IMG/VR virus record: IMGVR_UViG_3300045988_119623
Span: 1-60,584 of that record
Length of the DNA stretch: 60,584 nucleotides
From: a virus
Strand: one strand, 5' to 3'
Part shown: positions 8,899 to 19,314 of the stretch, one piece after another
Layout: each line of letters starts with the position of its first letter
Numbering within the stretch: the first letter of the stretch is position 1
Made by a program: the position numbers and the translations under genes
The notes under the pieces: model-generated
The model's input: only the letters and a program-made list of their open reading frames with translations
Databases searched by the model: none
What the model was told of the DNA's origin: nothing

Positions 8899-9389
8899 GT
8901 AGAGTAGAGGATAAAGATTTAGGTTTAAACCGTATTATACGAACGCTAAACAAAGACCTTGACGGCGTTGTGGTTAAGGTTGGTGTACAAGCTAAAGATA
9001 AAGCTGTACGGCGAGGGAAAGGCGGAAGCATTCGCAACACTGACCAGCCGTTGGCTGTTATTGCAGCGATACATGAATTTGGGCTGGGCGATATGCCACA
9101 ACGCTCTTTCCTGCGTTCTGCGTATGATGAAAATCTGCCCATGATTGACAAAATGATTCAACGTGTTGCCAATGGTGCTGTCTTTGGATTAGGAACCAAC
9201 GCTGCTCTTAATCAGTTGGGCAATGTCGTGCAAGGTATGGTTCAAAGAAAAATTGTCGACGGACCATTTGTTCCGAACTCTCCTGCGACGATAAAGCGCA
9301 AAAAAAGCTCCAGACCATTAATCGATACCGGGCATCTGCGACAATCAATCCGCTATGTCATTGAAAGAAAAGGTGGTAATCATGAGTAG
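8895..9389 (+). CDS. HK97 gp10-like neck / tail-completion protein
   Basis: Motif 'IHEFGLGDMPQRSFLRSA'. Start overlaps the upstream gene in an ATGA arrangement. Confidence 0.6.
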   Translation: MSRVEDKDLGLNRIIRTLNKDLDGVVVKVGVQAKDKAVRRGKGGSIRNTDQPLAVIAAIHEFGLGDMPQRSFLRSAYDENLPMIDKMIQRVANGAVFGLGTNAALNQLGNVVQGMVQRKIVDGPFVPNSPATIKRKKSSRPLIDTGHLRQSIRYVIERKGGNHE

Positions 9390-9729
9390 TTTTAGAAAGC
9401 TGATAACTGTCCTGCGTTACAACGGCAGTCCTGAACTGCTTGCCAACGGAACCTATATGTATCCTACACCACAAGAGTTTAAAGTGTTAGCCAGTGTGCA
9501 GCCGCTTAAAGCTAATGAAATGATGTTGCTTCCTGAAGGTAGCAGGACGGCTAGAGCTGTAAAAATCTATGCAGACAAGGAACTTTATGTTGATGATCAA
9601 CGAACAAATACAATGGCTGACCGCTTTAAATGGCGTGGAAAGCTTTTTGAAGTGGTTGCCAGCGATATTTTTCAAAGTGATGTTATTAACCATTACCGTG
9701 CATATGCAGTAGAGGTGAGCGAATTTTGA
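9382..9729 (+). CDS. Neck / head-closure candidate
   Basis: SD AAAGGTGG before ATG 9382; assignment is by synteny. Confidence 0.5.
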   Translation: MSSFRKLITVLRYNGSPELLANGTYMYPTPQEFKVLASVQPLKANEMMLLPEGSRTARAVKIYADKELYVDDQRTNTMADRFKWRGKLFEVVASDIFQSDVINHYRAYAVEVSEF

Positions 9730-10295
9730 AAGAAGCTAATACTCGTACTGACGTACTGAATTTTTTTATTTCGGTATTACAAAAAATATATTATCCGATT
9801 CCGATTCGCAGAGCAAAAATGAAACCTCCGGCTGTAAATGAATTAAACATCGTCGTTGATCTTCTGGCTGAACGCAGTATAGGGAACGAGGTTGTTTTTT
9901 TATCTGAAACAGCACAGTACAGCAATGCTGGTATCATTGAAGCGACGTTAAACATACAAGCTATCGGCGATGGTGCTGTTGAACTTCTGTCGAAGCTTAA
10001 ACTTTATCTCGAAATGCCGGATATGATTAACTTGTATGATTCTGCAAATGTGGCTATAAACAGTGTCGAGCCAGTGCAAGACATTACAACTTCATTGGAT
10101 GGCAGAACGTGGCAGGAACGAGCGTCGGTTGATTTGACTGTTTCGTACTGCCGTGAGCTGCTTAACCAGGGTGCAGAATGGTTTAACAAATTAGAAATAA
10201 ACGGCACTACGAATAACGGCAAGGATAAAGAAGAACGCCCTGCTGTAGATGGTGAAATTGTAAAAGTTGAAATCATGGGAGAATTAGAAAATTAA
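9726..10295 (+). CDS. Tail terminator / completion candidate
   Basis: TTG start overlaps the upstream stop codon; the gene precedes the sheath gene. Confidence 0.5.
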   Translation: MKEANTRTDVLNFFISVLQKIYYPIPIRRAKMKPPAVNELNIVVDLLAERSIGNEVVFLSETAQYSNAGIIEATLNIQAIGDGAVELLSKLKLYLEMPDMINLYDSANVAINSVEPVQDITTSLDGRTWQERASVDLTVSYCRELLNQGAEWFNKLEINGTTNNGKDKEERPAVDGEIVKVEIMGELEN

Positions 10296-10307
10296 GGAGA
10301 TGAAAAT

Positions 10308-11393
10308 ATGGCAAATATCGACAGATTAGTCAATGTGCAGATTGCTTTGAATACTACAGGTATTTCATCCAATGGCTTTAATACGCTGATGATTGTATCT
10401 GCACATGAGCACGCTGCTCCGGCGTATGTATTGACCATTACGGACGCTGACCAGCTTTTAGATTTAGGCTGGAGTGCAGATGATGCTGTGTATAAAGCTG
10501 CATTGCAGGCTTTTAGTCAGATTCCGCATTATGAAAAGGTTAAAATCGGCAGAATGAACTCTGATAGCTCCGCTGCTGATAACATGAATAAGATTTGTGC
10601 CGTTGATAATGATTGGTATGGCTTGTGCTATATTGACCGCACATCTGCGAAAATTATGGAAATGGCAGAATGGGTTGAGGCTCATACAAAACTGTATGGT
10701 ACATCTGTTGCCGAAGCTGATGCGTTGCAAGCTGGCGTTGCAACAGATACAGGCAGTAAGCTGAAAGCGAAAAATTATTATCGCACTTTTATTTTTTACC
10801 ATAAGGAAGCAGAAAAGGAATTTCCCGAAGCCGCTGTAATGTCCAGATGCTTTACTGTATATCCCGGCGGTGAAACATGGGCAAACAAAAAGCTTTCCGG
10901 CATTACAAATGATGATTTAACCGAAACAGAATATCTTGCGTTGACTGCCAAAAACTACAATACCTTTGAGAACTTCTCGGAGAATGTCAGCATTACTCAA
11001 AATGGTAAGACTTGCGCTGGTGAATGGATTGACGTTATCCGTTTCCGTGATTGGCTCGTTGAAACCATTAAAACCGAAGAATTTGCAATGCTTATTAATC
11101 GTGAGAAATTGCCGTACACTGATGCTGGCATTGCGCTTGTCGAAGGTGTGCTGAATAAAGTTCTGAAGCTTGGTCAAGACCGTGGCGGTATCGCTCCGAC
11201 TGAATATGATGATGATGGCAACAGAAATCTTGGCTACACTATTACAGTTCCTAAAGCTGCTAATATTAGCGCAAACAAGAAAGCACAAAGAGTTCTTGAC
11301 GATGTGAAGTTTACCGCACGTCTTGCAGGTGCTATCCATGCTGTCAACATTAATGGTTCTTTGACTTATGAGAACCTTATTCAGAAAGCTTAA
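10308..11393 (+). CDS. Tail sheath protein (DUF3383-like)
   Basis: 361 aa with SD AAGGAGATG. It is followed by a tube-sized gene, a frameshifted chaperone and the tape measure gene. Confidence 0.7.
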   Translation: MANIDRLVNVQIALNTTGISSNGFNTLMIVSAHEHAAPAYVLTITDADQLLDLGWSADDAVYKAALQAFSQIPHYEKVKIGRMNSDSSAADNMNKICAVDNDWYGLCYIDRTSAKIMEMAEWVEAHTKLYGTSVAEADALQAGVATDTGSKLKAKNYYRTFIFYHKEAEKEFPEAAVMSRCFTVYPGGETWANKKLSGITNDDLTETEYLALTAKNYNTFENFSENVSITQNGKTCAGEWIDVIRFRDWLVETIKTEEFAMLINREKLPYTDAGIALVEGVLNKVLKLGQDRGGIAPTEYDDDGNRNLGYTITVPKAANISANKKAQRVLDDVKFTARLAGAIHAVNINGSLTYENLIQKA

Positions 11394-11407
11394 AGGAGGG
11401 TAAATAA

Positions 11408-11851
11408 ATGGCAAGAGTTAAAACATACGACCCGAAGAAAGTTAAGGTGCTGTTCGGCTCTCTTATCTTAACTGGCGTTGATGAAGGTACTTTCATTAAT
11501 GTTGAAACGCAAGGTGACGGAATTTCCGCTATTGTCGGCTGTGACCAGGAAATTGTCCGCAGTATTGACCCGTCCTCTGTCTTAAAGCAAGTTACTGTTA
11601 CTCTGTTGCAGTCCAGCTCCAGCAATGCAGCGTTAAGCTTGATTCAAGATGCAGACAATCAAAATGGTGCTGGCTTGCTGCCGTTAACTATCAAAGATTT
11701 GAGCGGTGACAGCGTTATGGTTAGCGATCAAGCATGGATTGTAAAAAAACCAAACTTTCAGCGTGGCAAATCTGCTTCGGACGGAAAATGCGAATGGGTA
11801 TTTATGGCGGTAGTCCCGGATGAAGCGTTTTTAGTTGGCGGTCACAGCTAA
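11408..11851 (+). CDS. Tail tube protein (DUF3277-like)
   Basis: 147 aa with SD AAGGAGGG; assignment is by synteny. Confidence 0.65.
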   Translation: MARVKTYDPKKVKVLFGSLILTGVDEGTFINVETQGDGISAIVGCDQEIVRSIDPSSVLKQVTVTLLQSSSSNAALSLIQDADNQNGAGLLPLTIKDLSGDSVMVSDQAWIVKKPNFQRGKSASDGKCEWVFMAVVPDEAFLVGGHS

Positions 11852-11861
11852 GGGGTAAAAT

Positions 11862-12335
11862 ATGAGACAAGCAAAATTTGAAGTAAAGAACAGAAAAATC
11901 GGTGCGAACACCTTTTATGTTCGTGCTCTTCCTCCTTTGCAAGGCTTGAAACTGTATGGTGACTTACAGAAAGCTATTACTGCTGCTTTAAAAGGCGGTT
12001 TAACATCTGACGGCGGAACGGAAGATATGAAAGAAGCATTATTAGGTGCTCAAATTAATATCGGTGCTATCCTTGCGCAGTTAGGTGAAAGCTTTAATGG
12101 TGAAGTGCTGGCACAGTTCTCTGAACGTCTGCTTGATGCTGAATATGTCAGCGTTAAGATTAAGGGCGAAGAAGAAGCTATTATGCTGACAGAGGATGTT
12201 ATCAATGAGCTTTTTACCGGAAAGCTTGTTGAACTGCTTAAGCTCGAAAAATTTATTGTTGAGGTAAATTTTGGAGATTTTTTCGCTTTAATTCCCAACC
12301 TCTCTGGAGTCCGCGAGATGTTGGTGAGCAAGTAG
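11862..12335 (+). CDS. Tail assembly chaperone (short form)
   Basis: Lies immediately upstream of the tape measure gene and contains the slippery site at 12278..12284. Confidence 0.7.
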   Translation: MRQAKFEVKNRKIGANTFYVRALPPLQGLKLYGDLQKAITAALKGGLTSDGGTEDMKEALLGAQINIGAILAQLGESFNGEVLAQFSERLLDAEYVSVKIKGEEEAIMLTEDVINELFTGKLVELLKLEKFIVEVNFGDFFALIPNLSGVREMLVSK

Positions 12336-12550
12336 AAATTCCCGGCACCTTGTCGCCAACGCTAACCGCTGAATCTTTTATTTGGCGGCCAGTGTTGGCT
12401 AAGGTAGTTACTGTCACGGAAATAAAAGAAGGCACTGTTACATTAAGCGATTTATGTAAAATAAACGCTCTGCTTGATATGCAGAGTGATGTGCAAAGAT
12501 ATTATCTTGACCACCCTAAAAAGAAAGGAGCTGATGCGCCGTGGACGTAA
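11862..12550 (+). CDS. Tail assembly chaperone, -1 frameshifted long form (G/GT analogue)
   Basis: The -1 frame continues to the TAA at 12548..12550, overlapping the tape measure start. Confidence 0.55.
12278..12284 (+). other. -1 programmed frameshift slippery heptamer T_TTT_TTC
   Basis: In the zero frame the sequence reads gaT TTT TTC. The -1 frame is open from 12263 to 12550. Confidence 0.6.
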
Positions 12551-14376
12551 GAAGTTTAGCTATTGCGATTGGCTTCAAAGTAAATAACTCGAATGTTAAG
12601 CAAGTAGAGCAGACAACCAAAAAAGTTAAAACAGGGCTTGAACGTGTTGGCGATTCTGCTGATAAAGCTGGCAATAAAGTAGATAGTTTATTTTCAAAGT
12701 TAAGCGGTCTGGCTATGTTCGCTGGCGTTTCGCTAACTCTCGGAAGCATCGTTAAAACGATTGACGAATGGAAGGTTATTGAAGGTCAGGTAAACAACGT
12801 AACCAAAAGCCAGCAGGAATCAAAAGCTGTTCAAAAAGAGATTTACAACATTGCCAGCCGTACTCGTCAGCAATATAAATCCACGGCTGAGCTTTATACG
12901 TCTGTTGCACGTAATGCGCAGGAGCTGAAGAAAAGCACTAAAGATATTCTGCTGTTTACTGAGGACGTATCCAACGCAATGTTACTCGGTGGTGGTGATG
13001 CTTCATCTCAGCAAGCTGCGTTGGTACAGTTAGGTCAGGCTTTGGGTTCCGGTACGTTGCGTGGTGATGAATTAAACTCCATTATGGAGCAAGCTCCTAG
13101 ACTTGCAAAAGCTATTGCCGAAGGCATGGGTACTACAATCGGACAGTTAAGGCAGATGGGCAGCGAAGGCAAATTAACTGCACAAGATGTTTTTAATGCT
13201 ATTCGTGGGCAATCTGACCGCTTAAAAATGGAGTTAGGTAAAATGCCTTGGACTGTTGGCCAGGCAACAAACAAGATGCAAAATGCGCTTGGAAAGTTTT
13301 TCAAAGAATTTGAGGACAAGACGGGCATAGTTGATGGCATAGCGAAACGCATGGCAAAATTTGCAGACTACATCGAGAATATTAATCTTGATAACTTTAT
13401 TTCTGGTCTGCAAATTGCAGCGATTTATGCAGGCATTCTTTTCGGCATGGCAAAATGGAGCAGTTTTGTAATGATGATTGGAACTGCTGTGAAGTGGATT
13501 GTTGCTATGCGAGATGCTTTATTCTTGGCAACCGGGGCGCAAATAGCATTCAACAGCCAAACACGAAGGGGAGCGGCTATGCAGATGCTGCTAATGGGTA
13601 AATTCCTTCTGATTGCAGCTGCGATTGCTCTTGTTGTTTTGCTTATACAGGATTTTTACAAGTGGGTAACTGACCCGAAGGCAGATACAATGATGAAACG
13701 CTGGTTTGGAGATTTTGAGCCTATAAAAAATAAATTCATTAACTTCAAAGATAGCGTTATTCAATGGTTTAGTGATATTGGAACAGCTATTGCTTTTGTG
13801 CCTAAACTTATCTATGAGCTGTTTAAATTGGCATTCCAAGGTATTTGGAATTTAACTTCTTGGTTATGGGAAGGAATAGGCAATGCTTTTGTTTCCGGTC
13901 TTGCTGCGATAGGCTATGTTATCGCCGGAGTGATTATGCTGTTTGTTAACGCTTTCAGGTTTATACAAGACAGCTTAACAGTATTGGCTACATTTTTTGC
14001 CGATACAATAAATTCGGGATGGCAGCTAATAACTGGCTTTTTTGACAACATGATTAAGTGGGTAAAAGACGCTATTAAGTGGGTTGACCAATTAATCAGC
14101 AAGTTAAACATCATGCAAGGCGTAAAAGATTTTGTGAACAATAATATCATTAATCCTATTTCAGATTTTGGCAGCACTGCCGTAAACCGCTTGTTAGGTA
14201 ATCCGACTGCAACGAACACTTCTTCTAACATTTCCAATAGCGGCAATACAACAAATTACATTCAAGTTACAACTGCCAGCACTTCTCCGGAAGCAACAGC
14301 AACTGCGGTAGGCAATGTTGTTAGTCGCAATAACGGCTGGCCAGTTGCTAACTACTTTCCTTTAAGCGAGGTATAG
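12541..14376 (+). CDS. Tape measure protein
   Basis: Motif 'QQAALVQLGQALGSGTLRGDELNSIMEQAPRLAKAI' matches the tape-measure N-terminal domain. Hydrophobic central segments, 611 aa. Confidence 0.85.
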   Translation: MDVRSLAIAIGFKVNNSNVKQVEQTTKKVKTGLERVGDSADKAGNKVDSLFSKLSGLAMFAGVSLTLGSIVKTIDEWKVIEGQVNNVTKSQQESKAVQKEIYNIASRTRQQYKSTAELYTSVARNAQELKKSTKDILLFTEDVSNAMLLGGGDASSQQAALVQLGQALGSGTLRGDELNSIMEQAPRLAKAIAEGMGTTIGQLRQMGSEGKLTAQDVFNAIRGQSDRLKMELGKMPWTVGQATNKMQNALGKFFKEFEDKTGIVDGIAKRMAKFADYIENINLDNFISGLQIAAIYAGILFGMAKWSSFVMMIGTAVKWIVAMRDALFLATGAQIAFNSQTRRGAAMQMLLMGKFLLIAAAIALVVLLIQDFYKWVTDPKADTMMKRWFGDFEPIKNKFINFKDSVIQWFSDIGTAIAFVPKLIYELFKLAFQGIWNLTSWLWEGIGNAFVSGLAAIGYVIAGVIMLFVNAFRFIQDSLTVLATFFADTINSGWQLITGFFDNMIKWVKDAIKWVDQLISKLNIMQGVKDFVNNNIINPISDFGSTAVNRLLGNPTATNTSSNISNSGNTTNYIQVTTASTSPEATATAVGNVVSRNNGWPVANYFPLSEV

Positions 14377-14380
14377 TAAT

Positions 14381-15049
14381 ATGCTTGCAGACATTTTAGG
14401 CTACAACATTAAAAATCCTACGCAGGTTGGTTCTCTTAAGGTTGATATAGTAAAATCTTTTGAATACACCTATGATCAGGATGTAACAGGACATCCGGTA
14501 GAAACAGGTTTTGAAATTGCGGACCATATTGTCAACAAGCCTTTAAAACTGACAATGACTGTCGGCATTTCGTCTACTCCTGTAACGTGGTTCTATAAGA
14601 ATGGGTGGGGAGAAAAGAAATTTGCTAACGGTTTGCAGCTTTTAGAGGAAATCAGAGATAAGAAGGAGCCTGTGACTATCATTCGTCCCGAGAAGAAGTA
14701 TGACAACATGGTTATGACTTCTTGCCGAGTAAGCAAGCAGGATTCGTCGAAAAGCATTATTTATGCTGACTTAGCTTTTCAGCAGATTGTTAAGGTAACT
14801 ACGCAGACAACGGCAATTCCCGAAAACGTTGTAACAGCGTCGCAGGAAGAAAACGCTGGAGAAACTGCGGCAAACGCTGGCGCAGGAAAAACATCTTCTG
14901 TTGACATTGGCGGAGGTTCTGCTAATATTCCTGGCAGTGACGGTTCTGGTGGCATTAGTGATTCTCTAGGAAGCGAAACCGCAACAAATAAAAGCTGGCT
15001 TGCTGGCGGAGTAGACAGCGTTAAAAGCGGACTAGGCTTGCTGTTTTAG
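14381..15049 (+). CDS. Dit-like / tail-tube-initiator baseplate protein candidate
   Basis: Motif 'VTGHPVETGFEIADHIVNKPLKLTM'. First gene after the tape measure gene. Confidence 0.5.
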   Translation: MLADILGYNIKNPTQVGSLKVDIVKSFEYTYDQDVTGHPVETGFEIADHIVNKPLKLTMTVGISSTPVTWFYKNGWGEKKFANGLQLLEEIRDKKEPVTIIRPEKKYDNMVMTSCRVSKQDSSKSIIYADLAFQQIVKVTTQTTAIPENVVTASQEENAGETAANAGAGKTSSVDIGGGSANIPGSDGSGGISDSLGSETATNKSWLAGGVDSVKSGLGLLF

Positions 15050-15057
15050 GAGGTAAC

Positions 15058-15378
15058 ATGATTACGATTAATTTTGCTGACGGCAATGATGTTGTTTTTA
15101 GCGTTCCTTTTGACGGCAAGAAATATAAAGTAAGGATGTGCTGGAACCATGAAGGGCAATTTTGGGCATTGCACCTTTGGGACGCTAACAACAATGTAAT
15201 TCTTGCTAACGCTTGCGTTGTTCCGAAATTTCCCTTGTTGATGAATCATCATAAAAGTAATGCTCCGAGGGGAGAATTACTTGTCTTGACAGACAAAGAA
15301 AGTGTAGGCAGAGATGATTTTCAAAGCGGAGCAGCTACGCTTGTGTATTGCACGGAAGATGAATTTTATGGAGGTTAG
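15058..15378 (+). CDS. Small baseplate-module protein
   Basis: SD AGGAGG upstream; assignment is by synteny. Confidence 0.5.
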   Translation: MITINFADGNDVVFSVPFDGKKYKVRMCWNHEGQFWALHLWDANNNVILANACVVPKFPLLMNHHKSNAPRGELLVLTDKESVGRDDFQSGAATLVYCTEDEFYGG

Positions 15379-15380
15379 CT

Positions 15381-16283
15381 ATGGCACAGTTTGACCGCAT
15401 TTATAAAATTACTCTAGGCGTACAAGGTTCAGACGGCGTTGTTATTGAAGCGAAGGCGAAAGAACAGGGATTAGAGATAGAGTTCGATATTGCAAAAAGC
15501 CTTGCTAAACAAAGCAATTCCTGCTCGCTGAAAATTTATAACCTTTCAAAAGCGACTGCTGACAAATTGGAAAGAGCAGATACAATCTGTATTCTGGAAG
15601 TGGGGTACAGCGAGGACGCTGGCTTGAAAAGAATTTTTATCGGCTGGGTAACCGATTGTTATTCCTACATGAGTGGTTCTGACAAAGTAACAGAGATGAA
15701 GCTTTATGATGGGCACGTTGCTATCCGTGATAGTATCGTGTCCTTGTCTTACGCTAAAGATGTTAGCAGGAAGAAAGCTCTTGACGATGTTGCAGCAGAT
15801 ATGGGACTTGTAGTGACGTATGCTGATGATTGCGAATTTGCGACGTTTGCCAATGGCTTTTCTTTTGTTGGTGCAGGACGTGAGTGTCTTGATAAAGTGT
15901 GTGCCGGGACTGATTTAGAATGGAGTATTCAAAACAACACCTTGCAGATTATTAAGCAAGGCGGTAATACCAATGTGCAAGCTATAAAGCTTACTCCTAA
16001 AAGCGGATTAATTGGTTTTGTTGAAAAACTTCTTAAAGGTCCAACAAAAGCAGCAAAACAAAAAACAAGTAAAAAGACTACCCAACCTAAAAGGGATAAG
16101 AAAGCAGGCTGGAATGTTAAATGCCTTTTGCAGCCTGTATTAAATCCGGGAGACTTGGTTTACATTGATTCGCAGGAAATAAAAGGGTGGTTTAAAATAG
16201 AAAGCTTAAAGCATAACGGCTCGTATAGCGGACAGAATTGGTATACGGAGCTTGAAGTGTATGAGATTGTACCGAAGGAGTGA
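15381..16283 (+). CDS. Baseplate hub protein candidate
   Basis: 300 aa; precedes the spike gene. Confidence 0.55.
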   Translation: MAQFDRIYKITLGVQGSDGVVIEAKAKEQGLEIEFDIAKSLAKQSNSCSLKIYNLSKATADKLERADTICILEVGYSEDAGLKRIFIGWVTDCYSYMSGSDKVTEMKLYDGHVAIRDSIVSLSYAKDVSRKKALDDVAADMGLVVTYADDCEFATFANGFSFVGAGRECLDKVCAGTDLEWSIQNNTLQIIKQGGNTNVQAIKLTPKSGLIGFVEKLLKGPTKAAKQKTSKKTTQPKRDKKAGWNVKCLLQPVLNPGDLVYIDSQEIKGWFKIESLKHNGSYSGQNWYTELEVYEIVPKE

Positions 16284-16289
16284 TTAGAT

Positions 16290-16874
16290 ATGAGCCTTGA
16301 TGCAACAGCAGATACGCTGGAAGGATTGGAAAATCTTATGCAGCAAAAAATAGGCAACATTCACACCTGCTTGCCTGGTACGATTTTGTCATTTGATGCT
16401 TCTACTTGCCTTGCCAGTGTAAAGTCAACGCTAAAGAAATACACCGCTGATGATAGGGTTCTTGAATATCCTGTTATCGACGGTGTTCCTGTTTTTATGC
16501 CCCACGCAGGAGCGGCACAGATTACTTATCCGGTTAAAGCAGGAGATAGCTGCTTAATAGTTTTTTCTGAGCGTAGTATTGATGAATGGTTAGGCGCAGG
16601 GAGTGATGACAACCACGACCCACGGCAATATGATTTGACCGACGGCTTTTGTTTTGTCGGCATGATGCCCTCGCAGTCAATTTCTGCTGATAACGTGGAA
16701 GTTATTAATGGCAGCACAAAGATTAGCCTTACGCCTGGTAACACGATAAACATTGTGGGTAACATCAACGTGCAAGGGACAATCACATGCACAGGAGATG
16801 TACAAGGTGGCGGTATCAGTCTTATCGGTCACACTCATTCTTATCATCATGGAACTACGAGTTCGTCACAGTAA
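16290..16874 (+). CDS. Central baseplate spike (Gp138-N / gpV-like)
   Basis: Pattern 'CLPGTILSFDASTCLASV...PVFMP' with a His-rich apex 'GHTHSYHHG'. Confidence 0.7.
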   Translation: MSLDATADTLEGLENLMQQKIGNIHTCLPGTILSFDASTCLASVKSTLKKYTADDRVLEYPVIDGVPVFMPHAGAAQITYPVKAGDSCLIVFSERSIDEWLGAGSDDNHDPRQYDLTDGFCFVGMMPSQSISADNVEVINGSTKISLTPGNTINIVGNINVQGTITCTGDVQGGGISLIGHTHSYHHGTTSSSQ

Positions 16875-16886
16875 AGGAGGGACGCT

Positions 16887-17549
16887 ATGAAGAAAGAAGA
16901 TGTTTTGAGAGCTTATGAGGAACAAAAAGCGGCTTGCATTGTGGCGTTCCCTACACTAACAGGCTCGTGGACGTATTTTGTCCAACTTGAAAAAGCTATT
17001 GATAGCTATTTTAGTGATGTCGCTAGCGTGTCTGATTCTGTTCGTGCTGTTATTCGTGGTGCTTATGTATCGCAGACAAAAGCTGCGTTAAAGTGCAAAG
17101 ATGATGAAAAGTACGGCATTGAATACAATGCTGATGTAGGCAGGATTGATTTAACGCCGTATTGGTATGCTTGGGAATGGCTAAAAGAAAATCTTGCCGA
17201 TAAAATCAAATATACTACATCTGAAACATCGGCACAAGCAGAAGGCAGTGCTGGAGAAAAGATTGTTGATGCTGAACAGCCGGAGCTTGAAACTGTTGTC
17301 AAAGATATTTTGACAGCTAGGGCTACTGAAGCTACGCAGATTAATGATTATGCGGAATCGTTCTGGCAAGTTAACAGTAAAATGGATTTCATTTGCCTTG
17401 TAGAGGATAGAGGTAATGTTGTAAAAACTCCTAACAAGAAAGCGATTGTTGAAAAGCTTTATCTTGATTGTGGGTTACTTGCACAAAGTCAAGAGAACGG
17501 ATTGGACATATATGTTCCTAGTTATTTAGGAGGTGATGCAAGTGCTTGA
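16887..17549 (+). CDS. Hypothetical baseplate-module protein
   Basis: SD AAGGAGGG upstream; 220 aa; no family recognised. Confidence 0.5.
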   Translation: MKKEDVLRAYEEQKAACIVAFPTLTGSWTYFVQLEKAIDSYFSDVASVSDSVRAVIRGAYVSQTKAALKCKDDEKYGIEYNADVGRIDLTPYWYAWEWLKENLADKIKYTTSETSAQAEGSAGEKIVDAEQPELETVVKDILTARATEATQINDYAESFWQVNSKMDFICLVEDRGNVVKTPNKKAIVEKLYLDCGLLAQSQENGLDIYVPSYLGGDASA

Positions 17550-17919
17550 TTTAGCTTTAAACGCAAAGACGCATGACCTTGCTTTAAACGGTGATGTGCT
17601 GTTCATCGACAATGTTGAGCGTGTAGCGCAACAGATAAAAATACAGTTGCTTACTTTTTTAGGTGAATGGTTTTTAGATGTTACGCACGGCGTGCCTTAT
17701 CTCGATTATGTGCTTGTTAAAAATCCTAATTTTACGCTAATTAGAGAGCTTTTCCGTGAGCAAATTTTAAAAGTTGACGGAGTAAGCAATTTAGTTAGCA
17801 TTGATATTGATTTTGAATCTACTACGCGAAAAATGTTATTAAGCTATGAAGCAGAAACTGAATACGGCATGATTGTAAGGAAGGAGGTTTTAGGCTATGG
17901 AGTACGGAGTAACAGTTAA
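17542..17919 (+). CDS. Baseplate wedge protein, gp25/W-like (DUF2634-like)
   Basis: Motif 'IKIQLLTFLGEWFLDVTHGVPY'. SD AGGAGG lies 8 nt before GTG 17542; the ORF is open from 17533. Confidence 0.65.
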   Translation: MLDLALNAKTHDLALNGDVLFIDNVERVAQQIKIQLLTFLGEWFLDVTHGVPYLDYVLVKNPNFTLIRELFREQILKVDGVSNLVSIDIDFESTTRKMLLSYEAETEYGMIVRKEVLGYGVRSNS

Positions 17920-19312
17920 CGGTTTTGTCAGAAAGCGTTTGCCGGAGATTCGTGAAGATATTTTTAAAAGCTTGGAGCAAAATTTAGGCTCGACAGTTAG
18001 CCGTCAACCTAACAGCATGATAGGCGTTCTCGTTGGCGTGTATGCTGCTGAACTTGACAGAATGTGGCAGCTTTTAGAGCGTGATTATTATGACCGCTCG
18101 CCGATTAGTGCCAGCGAAGGCAGCTTAGACAATACGCTTGCTTACACCAATGTGCAGCGCAAGAAAGCTCAGGCAAGCTATCTCTATGCTGTATGTTATG
18201 GACGTAGCGGAATGGTTCTTCCTGCTAACTGCCAGATTAAAGATGCTTCCGGTTACAAATGGAATATTATCGAAGAAAGCACGATCACTCTTAATGATTG
18301 CGTACATGTAACGCTTGAAGTTGAAACGCCGACTAAAGGAAAGGTTTACAGTGTGCAGTTTGATAATGATGTAGTTATAAAATATACAGCGCAAGAAAAT
18401 GATACTGCGTTGATTGTCGCTGTTGCCTTGGCTTCTCAGAGCATTGAAAAGTGGCAAGGCAGTATTGTTGAAGGCAAACTGGTTTTTGAACGCACAGACA
18501 GGCGATATGGAGCTGTCGTTGTGCCTAACGAATCATTTGTAGTAACGCAGGTTGGAAGTCCTATTCGTTTTGATTGTGAGGAATACGGAGAAATTGAACC
18601 TTTGCTAAATAGCGTGAATTACATCAACACAAATTATGACGGCTGGTTTTCTGTTAGCAACGAATCTGAAACATATGTAGGGCGTGACTACGAAACAGCA
18701 TCCGAAGTTCGTCAGCGTTATGCGTCTGCTGTATTCAGAAACAGCATAGGAATGAAAGAAAGTATTAAGGCAGCATTACTTGAATTGCAGGATGTTACCA
18801 GCGTAACGATTTATGAAAACCGCTCTGATGAAACGGTTGATGGTTTAAAACCTCATTCCTTCCAGGCTATTGTTTTCGGTGGCGATGAAGAAGCTATTGC
18901 TCGCACTATCTTGAATGTTGCACCTTTAGGTATTGATACAAACGGCGATATTTGCGTTCGCATTGAGGACAGTGAGGGTGCAGCGCAAGATGTATGCTTT
19001 AGCCGTCCGCATGAGGTGCAGATTTATGTCAAGGTTATTATTAAAGAATATAACGAAGAAATTTTACCCGGTGATGCAATCGATAAAATTAAAAATATCG
19101 TTTTTGAACAGATTAGCAAGCTGTCGATGGGCAATGATGTTATTTATCAGCGTTTGCTTGGTCCTATTTACAGCGGTGTTGACGGTATTAGCTATATTGA
19201 GTGCAGCGTGTCTAAAGACGGTCAAACGTATAAGCAGGAAAACATTTCGATTGAACGTAATGAGCTGGCAGTAACAAAGCTTGCTAATGTTACTGTAGCT
19301 TTGGAGTTGTAA
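17897..19312 (+). CDS. Baseplate J-like protein
   Basis: 471 aa; follows the gp25-like gene, which is the canonical order. Confidence 0.7.
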   Translation: MEYGVTVNGFVRKRLPEIREDIFKSLEQNLGSTVSRQPNSMIGVLVGVYAAELDRMWQLLERDYYDRSPISASEGSLDNTLAYTNVQRKKAQASYLYAVCYGRSGMVLPANCQIKDASGYKWNIIEESTITLNDCVHVTLEVETPTKGKVYSVQFDNDVVIKYTAQENDTALIVAVALASQSIEKWQGSIVEGKLVFERTDRRYGAVVVPNESFVVTQVGSPIRFDCEEYGEIEPLLNSVNYINTNYDGWFSVSNESETYVGRDYETASEVRQRYASAVFRNSIGMKESIKAALLELQDVTSVTIYENRSDETVDGLKPHSFQAIVFGGDEEAIARTILNVAPLGIDTNGDICVRIEDSEGAAQDVCFSRPHEVQIYVKVIIKEYNEEILPGDAIDKIKNIVFEQISKLSMGNDVIYQRLLGPIYSGVDGISYIECSVSKDGQTYKQENISIERNELAVTKLANVTVALEL

Positions 19313-19314
19313 CC

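Noticed and set aside
10917-11414. 165-aa minus-strand ORF opposite the sheath gene
   Set aside because: Antisense shadow ORF with no SD and no terminator or promoter context.
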